From the NCBI GenBank assembly GCA_965206695.1, contig CBDBKM010000011.1:409045-473044 (forward strand): a DNA stretch of 64,000 nucleotides. Reading direction: 5' to 3'. The stretch is from Chlamydiales bacterium (GTDB lineage: Bacteria > Chlamydiota > Chlamydiia > Chlamydiales > JAAZZY01). The notes under the pieces were generated by a model. The model was not told the origin of the DNA and made no database searches. It saw nothing but the letters and a program-made list of their open reading frames with translations. Position numbers and translations under genes: made by a program. Below are positions 51,238-61,408 of this stretch, in pieces. Numbering within the stretch: position 1 is the stretch's first letter; every line of letters starts with the position of its first letter.

Positions 51238-52159
51238 TATACTTATTTAAGTTGAAGCATTAACAAATTGAGTTGGACTAATCATTCTAAAATGATCTGT
51301 CATTCGCTTTTTTAAAAGATCAGAATAGCTATTGATCGGATTTGCAAATTTCCTTAAAAAACCTAACATGTGATCCTTAAAATCATTAAATTTTTCGTAA
51401 TATCTGTTTCATCCGTTTACACAAGCGCTCAATAGGGTTCAGATTAGGGCTGTAAGGAGGTAAGAAGAGCATGAAAATTTTAGAGGTTTCCGGAAAGACC
51501 CGGACCTGTTTATTACGGTAATATCCGGCATTATCACAGAAGAGATATATTCTATCTTTTTGAGGATAAGCCTCTTCCGGCTTTCTTAAAAAATAAATAG
51601 TTGCATCTACATTGAGTGTTTGGTCCTCTTGAGATACGACTTGTTTTAGATTCGATATCAATAGCCCCCGAAAGATATCGTCTTTTACGAGCGCTGTTTG
51701 TTTTAGGAGATTGACACGCACCTATTCTTGGTATTGTGGGTCGGGTGCACTGCAAATAGCCTTGGTATGAGATAGCTGTGCCTTCAACTTACGGTAGTTC
51801 AGCAACCATTCTTCTTGATCACGAGCATGAGCCTTTCCGGGAACACGTGTTGGTTTTTTATAAGAGAAGCCGTTGCTTTCCAACCAAAGAGTCATCCTTG
51901 AAGGAGGGTATTTTATCTCAAAGAGTTGTTCTATAAGAGCTGCTATCTCTTTTGCAGAAGGATAGATATTTTTTTAGATGATTTAATCAATTTATCACGG
52001 CAATATCCTTGCAATATGATCACGAATACGACCGTCTTTTTCGTATGGATGGTGTTCTACAACCCTTTATCGCTCTGTTTGATCTAAAAAATATTTCATG
52101 CCCGGCATTATTATAGAATAATTTAAAATATATTTTTAATTCTTCAAAAATTATGTGTA
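51238..52159 (-). pseudogene. Degraded IS630 type C relative
   Basis: Collinear with 19006-21054 (MKYFLD, CDNAGYY, LPPYSPNLNPIE) but with frameshifts. Confidence 0.85.
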
Positions 52160-52282
52160 TAGCTTTATTTATTAATAATTTAATTGAATTCAGTTAGTAT
52201 TAATGGTATAATTATATCTAATAAATGAACTCATTAACTAAAATTACTAGATTAGTGTTTTAAAATAATAATTAATAATACG

Positions 52283-53311
52283 ATGATTCCAACACAATCG
52301 GTCCCGGAAACAGTACCTGATGTATCACAAGTGATGCATCAGGGTGATACTCCGACTTTTTATGCTCAAATGGGAAAGCATGTTCGAGTGTCTGTCACTC
52401 TAGACGACGGTAGAGTATTTATTATTACACCGATTGATATTAACCACAGTCAGTTATCGGATTCCATTCAAAATAAAATTATTCAACCGAATAAGCTGGA
52501 GCAAGTAGCTCTTTTTATTAAGCGTTCCTTTAAACAAATTCTTAATAAGATTAAACGGGATCTCATTACATCGAACTCATTTGTTATCACGGATAAGCAA
52601 GTGATTGACCTTACTGCCGGCCGGTCACCACCTGAAGCAATTGATAATCAGCAGGTAGAATTCGAAATAAATAAGCTATGGCAAAACATTAAACCTTATT
52701 TTTTAGAACTGTCATCTCATTCAAAAACTTCTTTGAATCCGCATCATCCTCATGCACAAGACCATTCCGGACAAGAAGATTCCTCTCCGGCCTTTTCAGC
52801 TACTCAACAAACCCAAACCGCTTTTTCCTCAACACCATTGTCAGAACAAATAATTAAGAACCTAACCATTACTATGAAGCAAACGAACGAGATAGATAAG
52901 ACAATTACAACCAATATCGAGCAATTAGATCTCTTTTATCAGCAAATACAAAAAGCGGTTATCGATAAATATCCTAACCCGGAATCAAACGATACAATAA
53001 AACCTTTAATGGACAACTTCACACAATCATATCAGCCATGGATTGCTCCATTTATTGACAAATATGAAGAGATAAGAGTTAAATATGCAACGCTATATGC
53101 GGAACTGTTTAAGTATATTCAAGAAATAGATCCTAAGGACCAAGCATCAGCACAACCTTTATCTGTTAGATTGCAGGAAGTGCATGGTGAGCTCATAGCA
53201 ATTAATACAGAGCTTGTCGAAAAATTCAACCTGATGGCCGGTACTTCTCAAGAATTATTGAAAGAAGCGGGAATAAATCTAACTCCTCCGGCAACTCAAC
53301 CTTCTGCATAA
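52283..53311 (+). CDS. Hypothetical protein with C-terminal helical/coiled-coil region
   Basis: 342-aa ORF, no recognisable motif. Confidence 0.7.
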   Translation: MIPTQSVPETVPDVSQVMHQGDTPTFYAQMGKHVRVSVTLDDGRVFIITPIDINHSQLSDSIQNKIIQPNKLEQVALFIKRSFKQILNKIKRDLITSNSFVITDKQVIDLTAGRSPPEAIDNQQVEFEINKLWQNIKPYFLELSSHSKTSLNPHHPHAQDHSGQEDSSPAFSATQQTQTAFSSTPLSEQIIKNLTITMKQTNEIDKTITTNIEQLDLFYQQIQKAVIDKYPNPESNDTIKPLMDNFTQSYQPWIAPFIDKYEEIRVKYATLYAELFKYIQEIDPKDQASAQPLSVRLQEVHGELIAINTELVEKFNLMAGTSQELLKEAGINLTPPATQPSA

Positions 53312-53433
53312 AATTACATTCACTACAACACATGATCCAAAAGAATTGGTTGAGGACCTAAAAGAGAAAATTCCCTCCGCCTTAATCACGAAGCGATTAA
53401 AACGCCTGTTCGAAAACCGGATGATGAACAAAA

Positions 53434-53508
53434 TCGGAGTAGAGGGATTTGAACCCCCGACCTACTGCTCCCAAAGCAGCCGCGCTAGCCAAGCTGCGCT
53501 ATACTCCG
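53434..53508 (-). tRNA. tRNA-Pro (UGG)
   Basis: CGGAGTA acceptor stem, anticodon loop TTTGGGA, GGTTCAAATCC T-arm; CCA not encoded. Confidence 0.95.
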
Positions 53509-53655
53509 AAATTTGAAGAAGGATTTTATCAATTCAGATAAATTTATACAAATAGAAAAACCCTTAATTCTAAATCCATTCAAACTGTTAGTACTGCAAA
53601 GTTGTAAGCCGGGATGCAACTTAACCTGTATCAAACTAAAATAGTTGCCATACCA

Positions 53656-54660
53656 AGACTTCTGCACGACTAATGATTGGATGTGAGATAAGCAAAATAC
53701 AAGAAAAATGAGTAATAAGAATGTTAAATTAAGCGTTTAAAAGTAAGAAAATACATATTTGATAGATAATGGTGCGCCTTCCCTCCGCTTCATCACAATC
53801 CTTCTTAAGGCCTTGTTCAAATTAAAGCACAAAGCTTTCATATACAGTTATCCTTCGATTTTTAATCGAGAAAAATAAGAAGCTCTACCCATACAAAATT
53901 TTCTTTTTAAAGTACCGAAAGCTTACTCTATACGAAATCATCTTCTCGCAATCATTTTATTAAATAGATGTTGACTCCATTTTAAAGAATGACCTTTAAC
54001 CGCTTGATGAAAAAGACCGTCTCGAATACCATGATTACTTAAATAAGAGCGGTTATCGGAAACAAAATAACCCCTGTAACCGAAATAGCTTTGCTTCCCT
54101 TTTTTAACCCAAGAGGCATCCGGAGCCGCCGATTACTTAACGGTATGATCAGGTTTTGACCGTTTTTTTCGAGCGTGCTGCTGAAGTTACTATAGTCGCA
54201 TCAAGAAGAGCTTCTTCAGCTTCTTTAACTTTAATCCCGCGGGTTTTTCTAATTGCCGATTAATTTCGCGAAATAAGCGCTCATAAAGCCCTTTATGAAT
54301 GATGTTATTCCTAAAGCGGCATATGGTTGTTTCATCCGGCGTATCATCTTCTATCTCAAAACCTGTGAACAACATAAAGTCCAAACAGACTTTAAGGCTT
54401 CTTCTAAAGCAAGGTCGCTTAAGCTGTGCCGGTTATAGGCTTTAGAGGCACCTTGAGGGTTAATTGCCTGTTTACGTATGCTTTAGTAAGCATCGACCGG
54501 GTTCAATTGTTGCAAACGATTCTTGGCACCTATGCGATGCTTTGCACCCATAATAAAAAAACGGCTCATTATTCAACCTTCCAAAATAAATGAAAAAAAA
54601 GTATAGACAATCAATGCATTTTTAAAACATCATTATCAGGAATCAGTTATGCAGAAGTCT
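53656..54660 (-). mobile_element. Degraded IS5-family element
   Basis: TIRs AGACTTCTGCA / TGCAGAAGTCT; FMLFTG..PDETTICRFRN fragment. Confidence 0.82.
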
Positions 54661-54702
54661 TTATAAAGTAATTCTCATCTAAATCCCTAAACAGTGCTGA
54701 AC

Positions 54703-54735
54703 AAAAAAGCCCGGCATTTTTAAAATGCCGGGCTT
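54703..54735 (-). terminator. Intrinsic terminator of the 1415-aa gene
   Basis: AAGCCCGGCATTTT / AAAATGCCGGGCTT stem followed by a T-run on the minus strand. Confidence 0.8.
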
Positions 54736-54784
54736 AACTCGAACTTAAATTAGCTTAAGATTTCTTTTCAGCTAATTCGTTAAA

Positions 54785-57700
54785 CTAAACTGGTGTGCTT
54801 TCTTCCGGTAATCTGTGTAATCCAAAACCGGTGTGTAAGACTTCTTGAACTATGCCTGCAATAAGTGCATCATTTCCTACTTGCTCGAAACTGTTTTTTA
54901 ATAATTCAGCCAATCTTCCTTTAAGAGGATTTATAAACTCGGCTTGAACCTTTTTATAAGCAACAGAATCATTAGATTGTATTGCTTTATTTGCAGCTAT
55001 AATATGTCGTTCGATTTTGTGTCTATCAGCACTGTTGTAGAAATACTTTAAAGCTAAAGAAAGTACATATTGTTGCATATAAGCTATACCTTTAGCCGTC
55101 TCATCTATAATATCTAATTTTTCCATATCAGCTATATCTTGAATAGTCTGCTCATCTGCAGCATCTAAATCTAAGTCTGCCATATTAGCTCGACTTTCAT
55201 TAATCCTATCTTCAACCAGATTCGCAGTCGATATATCAACATTATGCATACGCAAGAATGCAAATAGACTAATATGATCATCCTTTAACGCAGCTGAAGG
55301 CTCTTGAAAACCGACTCCCGAATTATTCAATTGTAATTTAGATAATAATTCTGTTGTAACATAGTGTTCTACAGTCTCCTCTACATTCCATGCTATATCC
55401 TGTAGTAGTGCCTCCTGAAGGGCCCAAAGAAACGTATTCTGTGCCGGGTTAACCGGAGCAGCGAATTTATTAGTATTAGTTGATTGGCGGAATGTCTCTT
55501 TAGCGCTGTCTGTTAATTGCTTATCGGTAGACTTTAGAATTGCAAAATGCGTTGCTGCCGTGTGGAATGACTCAGTAAGCCCCATTTGTTCTAGCCACTC
55601 TTCCGTCTTCGGGGTATACATATCTTGCAGCTCTTTTATTGTAGCAGGTTCTTTCTTAAGGAGTAACATCCTTTGTATAGTTTCAGCAGGATTGGTATTA
55701 TCAACAGGTAGGGATTGTGCTATGTTCTGTGCGACAGCCAGATGTACACGCTGCTTTATCCTCTCATCTATAGCTCCAGTGAAAGCCTCCGATTCCTTCT
55801 GATCTCGAGCAGCCTCTATCTTTTTAATCAGCTGTTTTTCCTGCTCTTGATGATTAATCTCGTTGAGTACAGCAGTTTTTTTATATTGCGGATATAATGT
55901 TAGCAGATCCCGATAACCTCCCGTAGCCAACAACACTGCATCTTCCTTGGAAACCGGGTGGCCTAAGGCATTTCCTACCCGCTCAAGATCAGTGATGCGG
56001 TCTAAGTCGGCTTTGCAAACTTGAATCTTTCTATCTGCAAAGTTTTTGTTCTCATCAAGGCGATCCTGTACCCTCTCGTGAACTAGGATTGAGACAGCTA
56101 ACATTTGCTCCTTTTCTTTAGAATTTTTATCACATTCATCTGCTGCTATATTTCTGCGGCGTAATTCTGCGTATTGCAATTGTTCGGTTACATGTATTAG
56201 GTTATCATAGTTGTTTATTACTTTCGTATACATTGGAGATCCATCACTTCTAAGTGCTTGTATTATAACCCTTAAGTCGCTTTCCAATAACGCCCGGATG
56301 TTAATTAGCTTTGGTGCGATACCTGAAGTCAATCCATCAGCCAGTTGACGATTGCAATACTCACCTAGCTTTTCTAAGTTTGCATTTATTGTATCAAAAG
56401 ACTGATTAATGAGTGATTTATTCTCCATTATTCGATTCGTATGAATGATTAAGTCCGATAGTCTCGCTATGTACAACTTTCTTACCGCAACCTCATGCCG
56501 ATTACTAGCAACAGGATCTGCAGCACCATCTTCTAAGCTAGCTTCTAAGTTATTCTTCTGTAATGTTAGCGACTTAACGTTAACATCTATAGCGTTATAT
56601 TCCGGCGCCAAGGCGTGTATAATTGCCTTTTCAGAAGCCTTTTGATTGTCTGCATTCTGATCTGTTAACCTTGTAGCATCCGCTAGTTGTTCCATCACAG
56701 TGCCTTTCTCTGTTTGCCGAGCTGAAAATTCCTCTTTCAACTCCTGTAATTTAGCCAGATGGCCTTCAAGCCCATTCTTTACTAGGTCTTCGCTAAACTG
56801 TTTGTTTTGACTATTCAGTTGAGTAGTAAATGCTTCCTTTATTGCCTGAAAAGTTGATGTATCAACGTTATCAGGCAAAGGCAAAATCTTTTTTATCTGA
56901 TCATATCTGTTATCCAGGTCCTTTTGACAGGTATTATTTGATGTATCTATGAGCCTGTTAACTGTTCGGAGCAGTGGAGTAAAGTTCTCAGAATCTTGTT
57001 CTAAGTCTACCTTTACTTGGTTGTGTAACGCTTGAACAACTGTAACAAAGGCTGCGTCATTTACCTCATGTAATCGTTGCTTGCTTAGCAGCGCTTCCAA
57101 AGGCTTTCGAAGCTCCGGTTGAATAATAGCCATTTGATCATACTCATTAAATAACCCGGATTCAGCAGGAAAGACAGGTCTTAACAGAGGATCGTTACCA
57201 TATACTTCGTGACCATATTCTAACTTTATGCTGAGTTCATAATAAGCTTGATTATAAATCTTTTCTAAGCTCTTTACTTTAGCTTTTAAGCCTTCAACCT
57301 TTTCCTTTTGTGTCGCGTGCTTAGTAGAAGTTGTCGATCCACTAGAGCTTATTCTCTTTAGTTTATTTTGAGCTTGAGTAAGTTGGCCTTTAGCCTCATT
57401 ATAATTAGTTTGTGCTTCTTTCATCTCTTTAACAATAACGTCCTTAGCTATAGCGATAATGTCAGTAGTGTTAAACTCAGAGTTATTACGGAGTTGGTCT
57501 TGAGGGACAGAGTGCTTTAAAATTGCTTTTCTAGCAGCACTAATCTCATCTGCCTGTTGTAAGGCTTTTATTTTATATTTTAATAAAGATACACGGTTTA
57601 ACTCTTTTAGCGCGTCCGCTACCACTGATTGAGAATGAACGGCATTCAACGTTTCTTCTCTTTTATCCGGGGTAAACTCATATTCATCAGAATTCTTACG

Positions 57701-59032
57701 CTGAGTTACAGTAGCCGCCTTTATAGCAGAAGCTTGAGCTTTTTCTAAAACGCTTTTATATTTCGCTTGTGCACCTCTATAAGGGCACGATATGTGCCAG
57801 GAACTAAGAGGTTTATCTTTTGAGTAACGCGCTTTTTCTTCGGCCCATTCTTCCTTTACTTCTCTTAGCCTTGCAGCTCTTACTTCATCCGGAAGATATG
57901 ATATTTCAGCAAGTGTTACTTGGAGTATTATAGCATCTTCAAGAGCTGCCTCTGTTTTAGGATCCTTATATCGTGATTTTTTCAAGATTTTTTGCAGTGC
58001 ATCCATTTGCACGGTTCTCTCTTCTTTAAGATTTCCGGCTAAATACTTGATAAACTTGTTATCTTTGTTATCGTTGCCGCGTAGCGTTATACCCTCTCTT
58101 ATCTGATATAGTGCTTCATATCCTTTGCGCGCATTGGATATGGATTCATCGGCACCACCCGAACTGAAATCCAGTTCCTTACCGGATGCATTCTCTAATA
58201 GCTCTATGTTTGTTGCAATATGCAGTAACATTTTCATTTTATTTTGGAAGGCTATATAGTTCTTTTTATCTTCACGTGTATTTATAATAGCACCCAACAC
58301 CTCATTGTCTTCTATATTAGGCAGTATATTAGCAAGATTAAGATCTTTAAAAGCAATACCCTCAAAAAAATCGTTATTTTGAAAAGCAACCTCAACCTCT
58401 TTGATAAATTGAAATGCAATCATTACCTGCTTGTACTTGTTCTGCAGTGTATTAATAACGGTCTTGTGCTGTTCTATTGCCTTAGTAAAATTCTCTATCA
58501 ATTGTGCTGCTTTTTCTAATTCTTGCTTGTTTTTAGCCGTAGGCCCTAACTGTTTCTCAAGAACTCCTATCTTCTCTTGCACTGTCCGTAACTTATCCTT
58601 AATGGCCGTTATTTTCTCTTCTAACGCACGAACTTGCTCTGATTGTTGTTTTAGAAGCAACTCATGCATGTCTTTACCATGCGTATTGCTAATATCTCTA
58701 AGAAGATTAACGTGCTCAGTCAATAAATTTAACTCCGTCCTTATCGCTTCACTCGCATTCATGATACCCAGATTCGCTCCAGCAGCGTAAGGGTTCATTT
58801 CCGTTATACACCGGTTTACTCTGTTATTAACTTCTTGATTACACTTCATCCCTGCTTCATTGTTCCCAGCAAGTTGGTTCTCGTCTCCTGAAGCATTAAC
58901 TATTACCCGGTGTGCTGCCTTTAGATTCTCCTTTAAGTCTTTACTTGAAATAGACTGCAAGAAGTTTAGCTTTCCGCAGTTTAGGTCTTCGAACTTTGGG
59001 TCTTCGCTCAATCCTATACTATTACTACTCAT
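54785..59032 (-). CDS. Large alpha-helical/coiled-coil hypothetical protein (1415 aa)
   Basis: Uninterrupted ORF, GGAGG RBS, heptad-rich, Ser-rich N-terminus. Confidence 0.85.
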   Translation of the reverse strand: MSSNSIGLSEDPKFEDLNCGKLNFLQSISSKDLKENLKAAHRVIVNASGDENQLAGNNEAGMKCNQEVNNRVNRCITEMNPYAAGANLGIMNASEAIRTELNLLTEHVNLLRDISNTHGKDMHELLLKQQSEQVRALEEKITAIKDKLRTVQEKIGVLEKQLGPTAKNKQELEKAAQLIENFTKAIEQHKTVINTLQNKYKQVMIAFQFIKEVEVAFQNNDFFEGIAFKDLNLANILPNIEDNEVLGAIINTREDKKNYIAFQNKMKMLLHIATNIELLENASGKELDFSSGGADESISNARKGYEALYQIREGITLRGNDNKDNKFIKYLAGNLKEERTVQMDALQKILKKSRYKDPKTEAALEDAIILQVTLAEISYLPDEVRAARLREVKEEWAEEKARYSKDKPLSSWHISCPYRGAQAKYKSVLEKAQASAIKAATVTQRKNSDEYEFTPDKREETLNAVHSQSVVADALKELNRVSLLKYKIKALQQADEISAARKAILKHSVPQDQLRNNSEFNTTDIIAIAKDVIVKEMKEAQTNYNEAKGQLTQAQNKLKRISSSGSTTSTKHATQKEKVEGLKAKVKSLEKIYNQAYYELSIKLEYGHEVYGNDPLLRPVFPAESGLFNEYDQMAIIQPELRKPLEALLSKQRLHEVNDAAFVTVVQALHNQVKVDLEQDSENFTPLLRTVNRLIDTSNNTCQKDLDNRYDQIKKILPLPDNVDTSTFQAIKEAFTTQLNSQNKQFSEDLVKNGLEGHLAKLQELKEEFSARQTEKGTVMEQLADATRLTDQNADNQKASEKAIIHALAPEYNAIDVNVKSLTLQKNNLEASLEDGAADPVASNRHEVAVRKLYIARLSDLIIHTNRIMENKSLINQSFDTINANLEKLGEYCNRQLADGLTSGIAPKLINIRALLESDLRVIIQALRSDGSPMYTKVINNYDNLIHVTEQLQYAELRRRNIAADECDKNSKEKEQMLAVSILVHERVQDRLDENKNFADRKIQVCKADLDRITDLERVGNALGHPVSKEDAVLLATGGYRDLLTLYPQYKKTAVLNEINHQEQEKQLIKKIEAARDQKESEAFTGAIDERIKQRVHLAVAQNIAQSLPVDNTNPAETIQRMLLLKKEPATIKELQDMYTPKTEEWLEQMGLTESFHTAATHFAILKSTDKQLTDSAKETFRQSTNTNKFAAPVNPAQNTFLWALQEALLQDIAWNVEETVEHYVTTELLSKLQLNNSGVGFQEPSAALKDDHISLFAFLRMHNVDISTANLVEDRINESRANMADLDLDAADEQTIQDIADMEKLDIIDETAKGIAYMQQYVLSLALKYFYNSADRHKIERHIIAANKAIQSNDSVAYKKVQAEFINPLKGRLAELLKNSFEQVGNDALIAGIVQEVLHTGFGLHRLPEESTPV

Positions 59033-59314
59033 ATTACCTCCAAAAATTTTATTAATACTTTATTTTTAATTAATTGTTAACTAACTATTATTATTTATCT
59101 GTTCAATATTTTATATAATTTAGAATATTAATTCAATATGTATTTAAACGTTTTTCGTTTATTATAAAAAAGTTATATAATAATTTTTTGTTTATATATT
59201 AATAAACAACAGAAACAAATAACTATAAACGTCTTTTGTTTAAAACAAAAAAACATTCGTGCATAATTTAAAAAAAACTTTAATAAAGGTCAAAAAATTG
59301 AAAGTTACAAAAAA

Positions 59315-59354
59315 ATAAAGCGCTTTTTTTAAAAATTTTAAAAAAGCGCTTTAT
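59315..59354 (-). terminator. Hairpin downstream of ORF 59383-59601
   Basis: TAAAGCGCTTTTTT / AAAAAAGCGCTTTA inverted repeat. Confidence 0.55.
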
Positions 59355-59382
59355 ATATATTTGAATATAAAGTAATGATTAA

Positions 59383-59601
59383 CTATTCTTGAGACAATTC
59401 CGGATGAATAGAGAGATCCTCTTTTTCAAGCATTTCTTCAATAGCTTGTTTTAAACTTAATGTTCCATCCGGAAAACCGAACTGTAATAAAAGATCATTT
59501 ATATAAGTTAATTCAGCTTCTAAAAAATCTACTTTACTTTCTAATACCGCAACATTCGATATTAGTTGCTTTTTTTCTTTATTATCCATTATTAACTCCA
59601 T
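59383..59601 (-). CDS. Small hypothetical protein
   Basis: LESKVDFLEAEL...GFPDG..SLK pattern. Confidence 0.65.
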   Translation of the reverse strand: MELIMDNKEKKQLISNVAVLESKVDFLEAELTYINDLLLQFGFPDGTLSLKQAIEEMLEKEDLSIHPELSQE

Positions 59602-59729
59602 AATATTTATTATAATAACGTTATTAGTACACCTAAGATTATAATGATTATCATCAAATTATGCAATAACACTATTCACAAATATGATGATTAAATCATT
59701 AATTAAAACCTTTTAATTATAAAATATTA

Positions 59730-60260
59730 TTAGGTTCCAAATGCTTCCAGAAGAACCTCAGTTTCTTGGTCAGTAATAGGAATATTTATTTTAACTTGAT
59801 ATGGTGATTCTTCTTCATTAAAGTGTCGATCAAATTCTTCTATAATTTTCTCTTCAATATCTAATATCCCGGCTTTAACGGCTTGAGAATCCATTAAGGC
59901 AATTCGCTTATTTTTTAAATTCTGCACTAAAGTATCTGCATCTTCAATATCTAACTCAATTTTATTTAGATACTTAGAAAATTCTATTTGTTTTAATTGT
60001 GTTTCAAGGCGCCCTTTTATCCTATGGGCAATATTTAACTGAGAAACAGAAATAGCTTTTTTCAGTTTGTGTTTAGGATCACCTACCACTATATCTGTAG
60101 CTAACTTCAAATGTGGCTCTTGGAAATATTCATCTGCTTCATCCAAGGTTTTTATGATCTCCTTTAAATAACCTATTTCAGTACAAAATTTTGTTTTAAA
60201 TAACTCCCGTTCAAATTCAGAAACTTTTTTTATATTAATAATTTTTTTATTATTAGTCAT
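59730..60260 (-). CDS. Hypothetical protein
   Basis: 176-aa ORF with GAGG RBS. Confidence 0.6.
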   Translation of the reverse strand: MTNNKKIINIKKVSEFERELFKTKFCTEIGYLKEIIKTLDEADEYFQEPHLKLATDIVVGDPKHKLKKAISVSQLNIAHRIKGRLETQLKQIEFSKYLNKIELDIEDADTLVQNLKNKRIALMDSQAVKAGILDIEEKIIEEFDRHFNEEESPYQVKINIPITDQETEVLLEAFGT

Positions 60261-60527
60261 AATAATTTAGCCTCGTTATAAATAGATCGGCTATGTATAT
60301 AGTTAGCCCACTTTAATCATCATACACTATTTACCTATATAATTCAATTACAACCTTATTAAGATAAATTAAGTATAAATGAAACCAAGAACATCTATTA
60401 ATAATTTTAAACTGTTCTTTACTAAAGACTCCGGACCCTCTCCTATTTTCTCTTGATTTAATTTAAATTAAAAAAGACAATGCTTCTGTAAATTTCAATT
60501 TCTTAAGCGAAAAACAAGGAGTTCTTA

Positions 60528-60791
60528 ATGCCAAAACTGATTTTTGAGGATACGGTTCAAGAATTTGAGTTAAGTGAAAATGATCAAATAGCCGCTGCAT
60601 GCGAAGAAGCAGGAGTTCCTTTTGCATGTACAGAAGGGATCTGTGGAACTTGTGTCATCGAAGTTAGAGAAGGTATTGAAAATTTAAGTGAATTCACTCA
60701 AGAAGAAGAAGATTTTCTGGGTGAGATGGAAATGGAGCGCCTCGCTTGCCAATGTAGAATCAAGCAGGGAACTGTAAAGGTTATTTTTTAA
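60528..60791 (+). CDS. 2Fe-2S ferredoxin
   Basis: CTEGICGTC and RLACQ. Confidence 0.93.
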   Translation: MPKLIFEDTVQEFELSENDQIAAACEEAGVPFACTEGICGTCVIEVREGIENLSEFTQEEEDFLGEMEMERLACQCRIKQGTVKVIF

Positions 60792-60811
60792 TTTTAAAGG
60801 AGTCTTTTTTC

Positions 60812-61384
60812 ATGTCAGAACAAGATACGATATGCATTAGTCGAGATATGACTATTGAACAAATATTCACCTCTTTTCCTCATAAAAGCCAGCGTTTTGC
60901 TCAGGAAATGATGAATGTGGGGCTTCACTGCGTAGGCTGCCATGCCTCTACATGGGAAACACTGGAAGCGGGCATGATGGGCCATGGAATGGATGATAAG
61001 GCCATCAATCAATTAATTGATACCCTCAACGGAATTTTACAAGAGGTTACCCCAAACAACTTAATCACAATTACAGACCGAGCAGCAAAAAAATATCTTG
61101 AAATCCTTAAAGAAGAAAATAAAACAGGCTGGGGTCTTCGTTTTGAAGAAAAAGCGGGTGGTTGCGGAGGATTTGAGTATACACTCGATTATTCACAAAA
61201 ACCCGATAAAGAAGATAAAACACTTATTTCCAATGGAATAGAAATTTATATTCATGAAAAAATGATGGATCGATTACTAGGTTCTGAAATTGACTATATT
61301 GATGGTCTTCAAGGCGCCGGCTTTAAAATCAGCAATCCTAATGTCAAATCGGCTTGCCATTGCGGCTCATCTCATAATTACTAA
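60812..61384 (+). CDS. A-type Fe-S carrier (IscA/HesB) with N-terminal DUF1858-like domain
   Basis: GGCGG and CHCGSS; N-terminal GLHCVGC..ETLE. Confidence 0.88.
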   Translation: MSEQDTICISRDMTIEQIFTSFPHKSQRFAQEMMNVGLHCVGCHASTWETLEAGMMGHGMDDKAINQLIDTLNGILQEVTPNNLITITDRAAKKYLEILKEENKTGWGLRFEEKAGGCGGFEYTLDYSQKPDKEDKTLISNGIEIYIHEKMMDRLLGSEIDYIDGLQGAGFKISNPNVKSACHCGSSHNY

Positions 61385-61408
61385 GCGATTGATAATAAAA
61401 GATTTAGA

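Noticed and set aside
53434..59032. Integrated island or prophage at tRNA-Pro
   Set aside because: No integrase and no duplicated tRNA 3' end found
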